From: a virus
Lineage: Duplodnaviria > Caudoviricetes
IMG/VR virus record: IMGVR_UViG_3300028602_002388
Location: 1,590-65,589 of that record
Reading direction: 5' to 3' (one strand)
DNA: 64,000 nucleotides
Below are positions 27,708-37,541 of the stretch, piece after piece (the stretch's first letter is position 1; each line of letters begins with the position of its first letter). A program made the position numbers and the translations under genes. The notes below the pieces were generated by a model. It was given only the letters and a program-made list of their open reading frames with translations, was not told the origin of the DNA and made no database searches.

Positions 27708-29615
27708 ATGGCAGAACAAGATTTTATAAAAGCAGGCTTTACTGTAGTTGGAACTGAAACCAACGAAAACAAACTTTTGAGTTTTCTGAAAGAGAACTAC
27801 CCGAATGTAATTAAAGACACCGAAATAAATATTGAAGAACTGAAAGCCGTTTTGGGTTTGCCAATTGACGAAAAAGTAAACGGCTACGGTTTAAACTTTG
27901 TGGGTAGAAACTTTGCAAGGGCAAAATATGCCCAAAAGACTGAAAAGGAATTAAGCCTCAACAGCTCGTTGAGCAAGAATATTGATACAACCGAAAATTT
28001 GGTGCTGAAAGGCGACAACCTCGACAGCTTGAAAATCCTAAAAAACCATTATAGCGGTCAAATAAAATGTATATATATCGACCCACCTTACAATACAGAG
28101 AAAGACGAGTTTGTTTATCCTGACAGATTCGACAAAGAAGAAGCGGAAGTTTTGGGATTGGCAAATTTGAGCGAAAGCGATTTTGCAAGAATGGATTTTA
28201 GTTTTAAAACCAAGAAAAGCCACAACGGTTGGTTAGCTTTTATGTATCCGCGTTTGTTATTAGCAAGAGACCTGTTAAGCAATGATGGTGCGATTTTCAT
28301 AAGCATTGATGACAATGAACAATCCAACTTGAAATTACTTTGCGATGATGTTTTTGGAGAAGAAAATTTTGTTGAAATATTTTCTTGGACGAAAACAGCA
28401 ACTCCACCAGCATTATCTCATAAGTCAAGGAAAACAAACGAATATATTTTATGCTACGAGAAAAATAAAAACAGTTATAAGTATTTTGGTGAAGAACTCG
28501 ATGGTGGTGACCAACCATTATTAAATGATGGAAACAAAGTTGGTCAATTAATTATTCCAAAAGACAAAGTTAAGTTCAATTTAGAAGATGGCGTTTACCA
28601 AGCAGGAACTTACCATAGAATCAAACTTTTAGAAACAATTGAAATAAAAGACAAAGTATCAAACAAAGATTTATCAATAGAAGGCAGATTTAAATGGCAA
28701 CAATCTTTCCTTGATGCAGAAGTAAAAAAAGGAACTACATTCATTGTAAAGTCTAAAAAGTTCTCAGTAAGGTTTCAGCGTTTTGAAGATGAAAGCTATA
28801 AAACCCCTACAAATCATATTAGAGACAAGATTATCACACCGCTTTTAGATAAAGAGAACGGAAACGTTGACACCAACGAGACAGCTTCAAGCCAGCTTGA
28901 AGAATTGTTTGGAAGCAAAGTATTTGATTTTTCTAAACCTGTTTCACTCATAAAGTATCTTATTAATTTCCTTGTAAATGATGATGATATAATACTTGAC
29001 TTCTTTGCAGGTTCAGGCACAACAGGTCACGCAGTAATGGAATTAAATAAAGACGGTGGTAACAGACGATATATTCTCTGTCAAATTGATGAACCAATTG
29101 ACCCAGCAAAGAAAAAAGAAGCGTATGACTTTTGCCTTGCTAACAACTTGGAGCCAGTTATCTCAAGCATAACTATTGAGCGGTTGAAAAGAGCAGGTGA
29201 GAAAATTGTTAAAGACGTTGAAAACGAAAATAGCAAAAACGAACTATTTGACGAAGACAAAAAACAAGTTCCCGATATTGGCTTTAAAGTATTTGACAGC
29301 GTAGAAGCACCAAAATTGAAAGTGGATGATAAAGGACAAATTTCAATTACCGAGAATGAAACAGATGCCTTGAGTCGTATTTATAATATGATTTTCACCG
29401 TTGGTTTAGACGAGCCAACACAAGTTCCTGAAGAAGTAGTGAAAGATTGCATTTACAAAATCGGAAACCATTATTACATAACCAACAGCGAGAAAATAAC
29501 CAGTGATGATTATTCAAACGCTATTAAAAACGGCAAAGTATTCATTGACGGTTGGACAGCGAGCCTAAACGGAACATTGCAGAACTATAAAGAAGATGTG
29601 AAGATTGTTTTTTAA
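27708..29615 (+). CDS. mod: Type III methyltransferase Mod
   Basis: IDPPYN, WLAFMYPRL, FISIDDNE and DFFAGSGTTGHA motifs. Confidence 0.93.
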   Translation: MAEQDFIKAGFTVVGTETNENKLLSFLKENYPNVIKDTEINIEELKAVLGLPIDEKVNGYGLNFVGRNFARAKYAQKTEKELSLNSSLSKNIDTTENLVLKGDNLDSLKILKNHYSGQIKCIYIDPPYNTEKDEFVYPDRFDKEEAEVLGLANLSESDFARMDFSFKTKKSHNGWLAFMYPRLLLARDLLSNDGAIFISIDDNEQSNLKLLCDDVFGEENFVEIFSWTKTATPPALSHKSRKTNEYILCYEKNKNSYKYFGEELDGGDQPLLNDGNKVGQLIIPKDKVKFNLEDGVYQAGTYHRIKLLETIEIKDKVSNKDLSIEGRFKWQQSFLDAEVKKGTTFIVKSKKFSVRFQRFEDESYKTPTNHIRDKIITPLLDKENGNVDTNETASSQLEELFGSKVFDFSKPVSLIKYLINFLVNDDDIILDFFAGSGTTGHAVMELNKDGGNRRYILCQIDEPIDPAKKKEAYDFCLANNLEPVISSITIERLKRAGEKIVKDVENENSKNELFDEDKKQVPDIGFKVFDSVEAPKLKVDDKGQISITENETDALSRIYNMIFTVGLDEPTQVPEEVVKDCIYKIGNHYYITNSEKITSDDYSNAIKNGKVFIDGWTASLNGTLQNYKEDVKIVF

Positions 29616-29836
29616 GCCCACGCATTTTGCAAGCACATTTGCAAACCGCACAAGCCGACACACAAGCCAAAGTTTGCAAAAGAGCTTGCAAAGCCAACGC
29701 AGACAAAAATGGTTTTAAAAAATTTTCCGACCCTTCAAAAAAAAAATAAAAAACGCAACGCACAACCCGACAGACAAATGACCGAAAACTCAACAACGAC
29801 AATGGTTTACAGACACAGTGGAGAGGAACGCCAGCA

Positions 29837-29966
29837 GCTAACAGCACATTTGCAATAGGCGGGGTTTCGTGCTCCGCAGACAGTTTAGTGGTAGCCGATA
29901 GTTTTGTGCTCCGCATAAAGTTCAGTGGTAAAAATCCCGCCCATCGCAAATCTGCAACCCGTTAGC
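29837..29966 (+). other. attC-like site (130 bp)
   Basis: GCTAAC-ag-cacatttgcaataggcgggg ... cccgcccatcgcaaatctg-caaccc-GTTAGC. Confidence 0.8.
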
Positions 29967-29973
29967 AACAAGG

Positions 29974-30297
29974 CTACGATAGTAATTCTATTAAAGCGTC
30001 TGCATGGCATGGAACTGAAAGAGAACAAAAGCATGCCAAGTCAAAACCGCGCAATTGCTCTAAATTTTCAGACATCCATTTAAATCTATCAAATTGTATG
30101 CTTGCTTCAATTTCATCAATATAATAGTAGCACATGGCATTGTTTAATATACATTCCTTGTATCGCTTTACAGATTCTTCTGCTCCTAAATCCTCCACAC
30201 GAAAAGGGTTTCCCCATTTTGTTGGTCTTCCTACGTATTTCGTGTTTTCTGGTATTCTGTAGCCTTTTGTTCTTTTTCTTTGTACTCTTTTCATCAT
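29974..30297 (-). CDS. DUF4326-family protein in a reversed cassette
   Basis: RVQRKRTKG...YVGRPTKWGNPF...DLACFC...CHADAL. Confidence 0.8.
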   Translation of the reverse strand: MMKRVQRKRTKGYRIPENTKYVGRPTKWGNPFRVEDLGAEESVKRYKECILNNAMCYYYIDEIEASIQFDRFKWMSENLEQLRGFDLACFCSLSVPCHADALIELLS

Positions 30298-30320
30298 TAT
30301 CGGTATTTACCTGCCCAGTT

Positions 30321-30411
30321 GCTAACAAAGTGTAGCCACAATAGGCGGAAAGTTAATACTAAATTGAAAAGTCAGTGTAATGCTTACTATGGTTACACTC
30401 GACCGTTGTGC
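30321..30411 (+). other. attC-like site (91 bp), followed by partial attC arms to ~30566
   Basis: GCTAAC-aa-agtgtagccacaataggc ... gcttactatggttacact-cgacc-GTTGTGC. Confidence 0.7.
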
Positions 30412-30580
30412 GTCAGTGGGGGTTTCGTGTTTCAAGTTATCTGTATTCATGTTATTAAAATTAAGTGTTTCAAATTAAGTGTAGTGCATTTAAGCTCGCA
30501 TTGACGTAAGGCTGCGAACCGTTGTGTGCTATTTTAAAGAGCGACACTACTCTACTCATTCGTTAGCTGCAATATTAAAA

Positions 30581-30865
30581 TTACCGCCTATCACGAGTAA
30601 ATGATGTGACTCTTTTGGAGTAAGTGCCTTTTACAATATTCCAATGACCATACAATTCAGTCCTTAATTTGTCTGCTTTCCTTAACAACTTAGGGTCTAA
30701 TGACCCAGTTGAATTTTTGATTTGTTCTGAAATTTCATTGAGTTCAGAAACTTTTTTGTCTATTTCTTCATTTTTTAATACCACATTAACAATCTGCAAA
30801 GTATCTGGCAAATCGCATTTATTGCAGCATTGGAAATCATTTTCATCATCAAACTTATTTTTCAT
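30581..30865 (-). CDS. Small cassette gene, hypothetical
   Basis: 94 aa; preceded on + by GTTAGC; half attC (TAAC ~30786) lies in its 5' part. Confidence 0.5.
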   Translation of the reverse strand: MKNKFDDENDFQCCNKCDLPDTLQIVNVVLKNEEIDKKVSELNEISEQIKNSTGSLDPKLLRKADKLRTELYGHWNIVKGTYSKRVTSFTRDRR

Positions 30866-30899
30866 TTAAGGTATATTTTTTTAAGTTTTTAAATTGTTT

Positions 30900-32306
30900 T
30901 CACTCTATTTCAATCCATTTGTTTGGGTTGTATGTTGTTCCATAGTCATAGAATGTGCTTTGTGCGAGGTTACAGTTTAATGCTATGTAACCTGTTGCTC
31001 CGTTTCGATGTTTAGCTATGTTTGCAAAACATAGTCCGTCTGTGGTTATTGTTTCTCCTTTGTAAGATACTTCTTTTATGTCGTAATACTGCGGCCGGTA
31101 AAGCATGATGACAATGTCGGCATCTGCTTCTAATGAGCCTGATTCTCTAAGGTCTGAGAGTCTGGGTTCTGGGGGTGTTCGTCCTTCGACGTTTCTGTTT
31201 AGTTGTGATAGTGCTATAATAGTAACATCTAATTCTTTTGCAAGGCTTTTAAGTGCTTTTGTGATCTCTCCTAATTCCTGATCACGTGTTTGGCCTCTTG
31301 TTTTGTTAGTATTTATCAGTTGGATATAGTCAATTATTAGTAGTTTTATTTTATGATTTGCTTTCCATTCTATTGCTTTACTTCTAATGTCGGAAATGTT
31401 TGCAATGCTTTTGTCGTATATGTTTATTGGTGAATTTTTTATAATGTTTGTTGCACGTTGGATTTCCGTCAGTTCCGTATTAGAAATGTTTCCTCGCAAG
31501 GTTCTTGATATCGGAACTGATGATATTATTGATTTTAGTCTAAATTCCAATTGGTTTGAGCTCATTTCTAAAGAGATGAAGCCTATTGGTATATTTTGGT
31601 TTATTGCCAAATTTTTGGCGATATTGAGTGCCAGGGCTGTTTTTCCCATTCCGGGTCGTCCTGCAAGTATTATAAGGTCGGGGGCTATCAGGCCATTGAT
31701 GACGTTATCAATGTCTGTAAGGCAAGTTGAAATGCCGTATCTTTTTATTTCGCCCGTCATTATTTTTTTTATTTGGTTAAGGTTTTCGGTTGCGATAGTT
31801 TGTATATCTGTCTCATTGTTTAGTTCTTCTTTTAGTTTTAATAGTTTTGTGCTAAAATTATTGATTTCCTCGTCAATATTATACTCGTCGGAGTATGCTT
31901 TTTCGATGGCTTGAGAGCACATGTTTATCAGTTCTCGTCTCATCCATCTTTCGATTAGTATAAGGCAGAAGTCGGCGGTTCGATGGCCTGATGCTATTCT
32001 TCTTGTTAGTGTGGCTATGTAATATTCACCTCCGATAGTTTCAAGTTTTTTCATCTCTTTCAACTTGTATGTAACTGTTAGCATATCAACATTTTTGCCT
32101 TCATTAAAGAGTGTTTTTATTGCTCGGAAGATAATTTTATGGTTATTCAGGTAAAATGTTTGTTCATCAACAAGTTGCAACATTGTTATTAATGCTTTTT
32201 TTTCGAGCATGGCTGCTCCTAACACTACTTGTTCAAGGTCTGGTGCTTGGGGTTGGATGTTATCGTATGTGTAGTTTGCTATAATCATTCGTTTCCGGTT
32301 AACCAT
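30900..32306 (-). CDS. dnaB: Replicative DNA helicase DnaB
   Basis: AGRPGMGKT, ISLEMS, IIDYIQL, LSQLNR, SDLRESGSLEADAD and IAKHRNG motifs. Confidence 0.95.
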   Translation of the reverse strand: MVNRKRMIIANYTYDNIQPQAPDLEQVVLGAAMLEKKALITMLQLVDEQTFYLNNHKIIFRAIKTLFNEGKNVDMLTVTYKLKEMKKLETIGGEYYIATLTRRIASGHRTADFCLILIERWMRRELINMCSQAIEKAYSDEYNIDEEINNFSTKLLKLKEELNNETDIQTIATENLNQIKKIMTGEIKRYGISTCLTDIDNVINGLIAPDLIILAGRPGMGKTALALNIAKNLAINQNIPIGFISLEMSSNQLEFRLKSIISSVPISRTLRGNISNTELTEIQRATNIIKNSPINIYDKSIANISDIRSKAIEWKANHKIKLLIIDYIQLINTNKTRGQTRDQELGEITKALKSLAKELDVTIIALSQLNRNVEGRTPPEPRLSDLRESGSLEADADIVIMLYRPQYYDIKEVSYKGETITTDGLCFANIAKHRNGATGYIALNCNLAQSTFYDYGTTYNPNKWIEIE

Positions 32307-32731
32307 ATTTTTTCATGGTTAATTTGTTCTTGAGGTTGTAATTTAGTTTGAATGTTTGTTATTATTTCATTGTTGAATGATTTTTTTCGCAAGTATCTAT
32401 GTAGGTGTAGTCGTTTAGACTTGTCTGGTGTTGCTTGAACGTATAGTGGTGCATGTTCGATAGATTTCATTCTTTCTTTGTCTGTTAATTTACCCCATTG
32501 CAAGATAGCATCTTGTTTATCTACTTTTTTGTCGTAGATATTCCAAATTTCTTCAAATGGAATATTTAGAATTTTATTTTTTGTTGTGTCAATTAGTTTT
32601 TGATAATTTTTTAAAAGAGATAGGATATGTTTGTCAATTTCATTAAGCTTATTAATAGATCTTCTGTAATCTATTCTTTTTTTCTGATAGTCAATACATA
32701 TTTTTATTTTTTTCACGTCTTGGTTTGTCAT
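32285..32731 (-). CDS. Replication-associated protein (initiator C-terminal-like)
   Basis: FEEIWNIYDKKVDKQDA..QWGKL motif typical of phage replication proteins upstream of helicases. Confidence 0.5.
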   Translation of the reverse strand: MTNQDVKKIKICIDYQKKRIDYRRSINKLNEIDKHILSLLKNYQKLIDTTKNKILNIPFEEIWNIYDKKVDKQDAILQWGKLTDKERMKSIEHAPLYVQATPDKSKRLHLHRYLRKKSFNNEIITNIQTKLQPQEQINHEKIWLTGNE

Positions 32732-32732
32732 A

Positions 32733-33014
32733 TTAGATAAGGTTTGAGATGTCGTAGTTTTCGTTTTCTATTTTCAGGAAAGCGTAAATAGTATATTTTA
32801 ATATTTGTTCAGTTGTTATTTCGGTTGTTATTTTCGTGTCATTATCATTTTCGATATAGGTTGTCCAGAACACGAATTTAACAGACAGGTTAAATCCTTC
32901 TTTGTTATATTTTATTGTTTTACTTTGTTCGCCTGTTTTTCTATCAAGGTTATTTAATGCTTGAAGCTCCATTAGCATGACTATTTCGTTTATTTTTTTG
33001 GTTAATTTTTTCAT
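32733..33014 (-). CDS. Hypothetical protein
   Basis: 93-aa ORF with a TAACTTTG promoter just upstream. Confidence 0.5.
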   Translation of the reverse strand: MKKLTKKINEIVMLMELQALNNLDRKTGEQSKTIKYNKEGFNLSVKFVFWTTYIENDNDTKITTEITTEQILKYTIYAFLKIENENYDISNLI

Positions 33015-33283
33015 TAAGAAAGTTTTTATGCGGCAAAGTTAATTTAAAAGTTTGGGAAAAATTACAAAAAAGATTAAAAATAGTATAATTTAGAATTATT
33101 TTAAGTAATAGGTGGTCATTTTTTTGTAAGTATGGGGGATGTATTGGGTTAATTTGTGTAAATTTAGCCTTGTAGGTGAACGTTTGCGGTCTTATACGTG
33201 GTTAACATTGGAAAAGTGAAAAACGTTGTTAAAACGCTTAAAAATGCGTAATTTTATTAAAGGGGTTAAAGGGAATTAAAAAA

Positions 33284-33466
33284 TCACTTTTTTTTAAATT
33301 CATCAATTTCAATTGAGAGAAAATTGATAAAGTCATTAATGAAAAATAGTTTAAGTTGGTAAAAGATTTTTTTTACTCCTTTTGACTTGTTAATAATGTT
33401 AATAAGTTCTCTTTGTCTCATTTCAGCATTATGTTTTTGCCTTCGTAAATAAGAAATGTTTCCCAT
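33284..33466 (-). CDS. Hypothetical protein
   Basis: 60-aa ORF. Confidence 0.35.
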   Translation of the reverse strand: MGNISYLRRQKHNAEMRQRELINIINKSKGVKKIFYQLKLFFINDFINFLSIEIDEFKKK

Positions 33467-33664
33467 ATTATTTTTATTTTTAAAGTTATTTAAAAAATAG
33501 GTATTTTGTTTGTTTTTAAATTTCGAGTTATGTATTTATTGATCAAGCGTGCCGTTTTAATGTTTGTCTCATTTCAGTTAAGGCCCGTTAGCGGGTTGTT
33601 TTAATTCGATTTGACACACCCTTATAGGCAAGTAAGAGAAACCTCTTACCTGCCTGATAACATT

Positions 33665-33829
33665 CTAATCCTCCTTTGAAAAGCGACCACGTATTGCTTG
33701 AACAGTTCCATAGCTTTTCTGTTGCCCGACGTAGAGTTTGTTTATTGCTTCTTTCAAAGTATTAGCCTTAACGGTAACAGGATACCATTTTCCGTTGATT
33801 TTTTCGTCTTTGCCTGAATATTTTGCCAT
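33665..33829 (-). CDS. 54-aa hypothetical protein (not in the ORF track)
   Basis: MAKYSGKDEKINGKWYPVTVKANTLKEAINKLY...; shares a 48-bp 5' region with the 34227 gene. Confidence 0.55.
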   Translation of the reverse strand: MAKYSGKDEKINGKWYPVTVKANTLKEAINKLYVGQQKSYGTVQAIRGRFSKED

Positions 33830-33933
33830 GATTAATTGAATTAAATTATTTATAACTAAAATTGTTAACTTTGATTAAATGACACTTTTTTATTTCATTG
33901 CAGATAAATTTGCCACGCTTTGTTTTTTCATGG

Positions 33934-34227
33934 TTACTCCATTTCTATAACATTGTTTTTTGCTTTTACCAAACTTAATTTATGCCCTTCAAGTTTCTTA
34001 AACCATTTTTCGTTTATGTGTTGAAAACCAATAGTCCCATCAGGCATATTTTGGGTTTCTTGTGGGTATTTTTTTCGCAAATACATTGCTAATACAACTC
34101 CTTGCATATCAAAGCCACCACCTTTTGTAGAAGCAACTTTTTTATCGTTTACAGTTAAAACGCAATTATGATTATAAGGATAACCACCTTTGGTTGCTTT
34201 TGTCCATTTGAATACAAATTTTGCCAT
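33934..34227 (-). CDS. Hypothetical protein
   Basis: 97-aa ORF. Confidence 0.55.
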   Translation of the reverse strand: MAKFVFKWTKATKGGYPYNHNCVLTVNDKKVASTKGGGFDMQGVVLAMYLRKKYPQETQNMPDGTIGFQHINEKWFKKLEGHKLSLVKAKNNVIEME

Positions 34228-34283
34228 GATTTTTTGAATTAAATTATTTATAACTAAAATTGTTAATTGTTAATTATTAATTG

Positions 34284-34826
34284 TTAATTGTTAATTTCTT
34301 GAACTATATTTTTATCTAAAGTAAAATAAATTATAGGCACAGTTATTTTAGTTGAAAAATAATAAAAAAAGAGTTTAACTGCGTCATAATTATTATTTTT
34401 AGAGTAATCTAAAATAACATCTATTAATTTAAAATAAAAGCCATATTTGTCACTTTCCATTGATAAGATGTTTCCGTTTTTGTATATTTCAACGGCTTGC
34501 TCTTTAGAAAGATAGTCGTTACTTATTTGTTCAAATGTTTTTTGCATTTCATTATCATTGGTAAGGTCGAGGATTTTTTTCGATTTGATTAAAAAAGCAT
34601 TAACGTTGCCAAATTTGCGGGCAAAATCATAATCTGAGGCAAAAAATAGTTCTTTCCATTTTTCAAATTCTTCAAGATTTTTATTTTTTACTCCGAATAC
34701 TTTGCTAACTCTGTGCGTTTTTTGTTCTAAAATGTAACCGTTTGAAAATAATGTTTCAATAAGGTATGCTCTTGCCTTTGTTATTTTCATTAGAAAAAAT
34801 GAAATTGCTTTAATGATTTTTTTCAT
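34284..34826 (-). CDS. Hypothetical protein
   Basis: 180-aa ORF. Confidence 0.5.
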   Translation of the reverse strand: MKKIIKAISFFLMKITKARAYLIETLFSNGYILEQKTHRVSKVFGVKNKNLEEFEKWKELFFASDYDFARKFGNVNAFLIKSKKILDLTNDNEMQKTFEQISNDYLSKEQAVEIYKNGNILSMESDKYGFYFKLIDVILDYSKNNNYDAVKLFFYYFSTKITVPIIYFTLDKNIVQEINN

Positions 34827-34845
34827 TGTGTTTAATTGTTAATTG

Positions 34846-36045
34846 TTAGTTATTATCCATTGGCATTAAAAGATAAGTTATTTTATTAGTAACCTCGTTG
34901 TTTATTATAGGTTTTATAATAAAAGGTTTATTATTGTCTTCAGAGAAGTAAATCATTACAAAATTACTTGGGCAATTTTTGAGGATTTCAAGCAAATAGT
35001 GATAATTGAAAATGAAGGAGTAAGCGTTTGGAAAGTTGCCCGAAATAGGAATAAAATCACAACCGCTGTTGTTTGTTTCTTCATCAAATGTAAAGACATT
35101 TAGCCTCCCATTATCAGTAATGAATTTAACACTATTTGTTTTTTTAGTTGTTAATGGTTTTAGGCGCTCAATTATATTGATAAGTAAATTTTTATCAATT
35201 CTTATTTTGTAAGATTGATTTTTAGGGATAACCGCCTGGTAGTTTGGGAACTGGCCAGGAAATAAAGAAGTGGTAAAAATTTTATTGTTAAATGCAAAGG
35301 TAATAATTTCAGTGTTATAGTTAATCATACATAATTTATTAGCTTTTTTTAGGACGTTTAAAAACTTTGTTATTTCTGTTGCATTAACATTTAACGGATG
35401 TTTTAAAGAAATAGGGTTATTTATTTCGTAAACGACGAGTTTATGGGCGTCAGTGGCTGCGAATGTTAATTTAATATCATTATCATTATCATTATTTGAA
35501 TTGTTAATATTTATGTTATTTAATGCAGGACGGAGGTCGTCATTACTTGCTGCAAAGGAGGTTGTTTTTAGTGCTTGAAACAGTTCCTGACTATAGAGAT
35601 AAAATGAACAGTTATCATTTTGTTTGGCTATTGGTTGCTGTGGAAAGGATGCGGTTTGCTCTTCATGGCAATTCATTGTTATTATTGTTTCTTCAAAGGC
35701 TAACTGTAACTTAAAATCATTAATAGAATAATTAAAAATTAATTCGTTGCTTTTGATTGTTTTGATTATTTTAATTAGTGTTTTAGCATCAATGGTAAAA
35801 ATAGCCGTTTTTTCAATTGATAAATTTTTAATTGGGATTATTGAAGTTAACCAGCTATCTAAATTTGTAGCTATTATTTGTAATTTATTGTTAGAAACTG
35901 TAAAGAAAAGATTTTGTGTGATTAAATCATTTTGCAAGTGTGTGAAGTGTTTTAAATGGTTTAACTCATTAAGTAAAATTTTTTTTTCGATTTGAAATTT
36001 TACTAATCCAATGGTTTCGTCAAATGTTTGATCAATTTTTTTCAT
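34846..36045 (-). CDS. dnaN: DNA polymerase III beta sliding clamp
   Basis: LQIIATNLD, AATDAHKL, GQFPNYQAVIP, FNYHYLLEIL and LLMPM motifs. Confidence 0.9.
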   Translation of the reverse strand: MKKIDQTFDETIGLVKFQIEKKILLNELNHLKHFTHLQNDLITQNLFFTVSNNKLQIIATNLDSWLTSIIPIKNLSIEKTAIFTIDAKTLIKIIKTIKSNELIFNYSINDFKLQLAFEETIITMNCHEEQTASFPQQPIAKQNDNCSFYLYSQELFQALKTTSFAASNDDLRPALNNININNSNNDNDNDIKLTFAATDAHKLVVYEINNPISLKHPLNVNATEITKFLNVLKKANKLCMINYNTEIITFAFNNKIFTTSLFPGQFPNYQAVIPKNQSYKIRIDKNLLINIIERLKPLTTKKTNSVKFITDNGRLNVFTFDEETNNSGCDFIPISGNFPNAYSFIFNYHYLLEILKNCPSNFVMIYFSEDNNKPFIIKPIINNEVTNKITYLLMPMDNN

Positions 36046-36086
36046 TGTCTTAAAATTTAATGTTAGTAAAAAAAAGAATTACGAGG

Positions 36087-36094
36087 CAAAGATA
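36087..36094 (-). promoter_or_regulatory. Bacteroidota -7 promoter box upstream of dnaN
   Basis: TATCTTTG on the - strand ~40 bp before the ATG. Confidence 0.6.
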
Positions 36095-36178
36095 ATGGGA
36101 CGAGGTGTGTTTTTCCAAATTTTTTTAGTTAAAAAATGCTAAAAAATTAAAAATTTATTACGACAATATTACACACCA

Positions 36179-36616
36179 TTACTTAATATCCTCATTATCA
36201 GATAATTGCAGCCTCGATGCAAATTCCGATTTTAAGGAAATGTAATAACTAACAATAGTAAATAGTAAATGATCACCAAAAGAAGTAAAAATAAATGATT
36301 TTTTTCCGCTTATCCTTTTTATTACTTTTATCCTTTGTAAATAGTAATAAGTAGCTATTAACGTCTGACGTGTGTAAACAATGTCTAAAAAAGAGAATAA
36401 ATCAGGAATATAGATAACACCTTCGGCGTTTGAAAAAGATTTTGCAGAAAGTAAAAAAAAAGGGGTGATAGTCTGAAAATGTAAGGAATAGCCGTGAGAT
36501 AATAAATGTTTGTTTAATAAGGATGTTAAACGTTTGGTAAAGAAAAAAGATAGTGAAAGGGTGTAAAAGGTGGTTAATAAATGATGATTATCATTATTAT
36601 CAAGATGGTTTAACAT
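36179..36616 (-). CDS. Hypothetical protein
   Basis: 145-aa ORF. Confidence 0.4.
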   Translation of the reverse strand: MLNHLDNNDNHHLLTTFYTLSLSFFFTKRLTSLLNKHLLSHGYSLHFQTITPFFLLSAKSFSNAEGVIYIPDLFSFLDIVYTRQTLIATYYYLQRIKVIKRISGKKSFIFTSFGDHLLFTIVSYYISLKSEFASRLQLSDNEDIK

Positions 36617-36724
36617 AATGAGTTATAATTAAATATTTATATATTAAAATGTGATGTTATTAATAATCAAGCTATTAAGACAATGAAAACACCACAAAGA
36701 TAATAAAAATGATAAAATGAAAAT

Positions 36725-37089
36725 GCCTTTTTGTACTGTTTAGTTTGTCTAACTCCGAATGATTATCAATGAGTTACATTTTAATTTAGAATGATTTAAA
36801 ATAATGACCACACCTTATTATATATAGTGTTCATTTTTTTTGCAGCACATTGTTTAATGTTACATTAACAGGTGGCTTCAAAATAAGCCGCCAGATGCAC
36901 GAAAAATATTTTTTTGATGTAATGTACCAAAACAATTTAAACGTCTTAAAAACGCCTAAAAATGGCCAAATAAAAGAAGTATGAAAAATGGGTAAAAAAA
37001 ATGATGATGTGAAAAAGCCTTTTTGTACTGTTTAGTTTGTCTAACTCCGAATGATTATCAATGAGTTACATTTTAATTTAGAATGATTT
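36725..37089 (+). repeat. 73-bp direct repeat (36725-36797, 37017-37089) in a ~0.9-kb non-coding region
   Basis: gcctttttgtactg...atgattatcaatgagttacattttaatttagaatgattt twice. Confidence 0.9.
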
Positions 37090-37541
37090 TAATTTAAATC
37101 TGCAGAAAGAAAAATGACACTTCACTATTGATTACACTATTTTAGTATATGAATAATTAAGTATTGAAATACTTTTTTACATTTTTATTTTGACCATGCG
37201 AAAAGAAACACTTTGCTTTTTACATTGACTACTCTGGCGATAATGTGTGTTAAACACACCCCCACCCTTCGCACTTTTTGACTTCACAGGCAATGAGGGT
37301 GGGGGTATGTATATATATTAAGTCCTCACCTACATTTATTAAAAAGTGCCGTAAAACTCAGTAAAACTCATTCATCGCTTTAGTGTGGATGGGTAGTTCA
37401 CTCAAGTTCAAAAACTTTTTGTAATTTTAGTTTACTAAATCAAGATTTAGATTTTTCAATAATATAATTTACTTTTGAGATTTGGTTTATTTTCTATTTT
37501 GATTTTAATATTTTTTTTGATTCAATTAATTTTTTTACTTT

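Larger units (their letters stand above)
24404..29961 (+). mobile_element. Integron-type gene cassette (~5.56 kb) carrying a type III R-M system
   Basis: GTTAGC at both ends (24403 and 29961); full attC at the 3' end. Confidence 0.75.
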
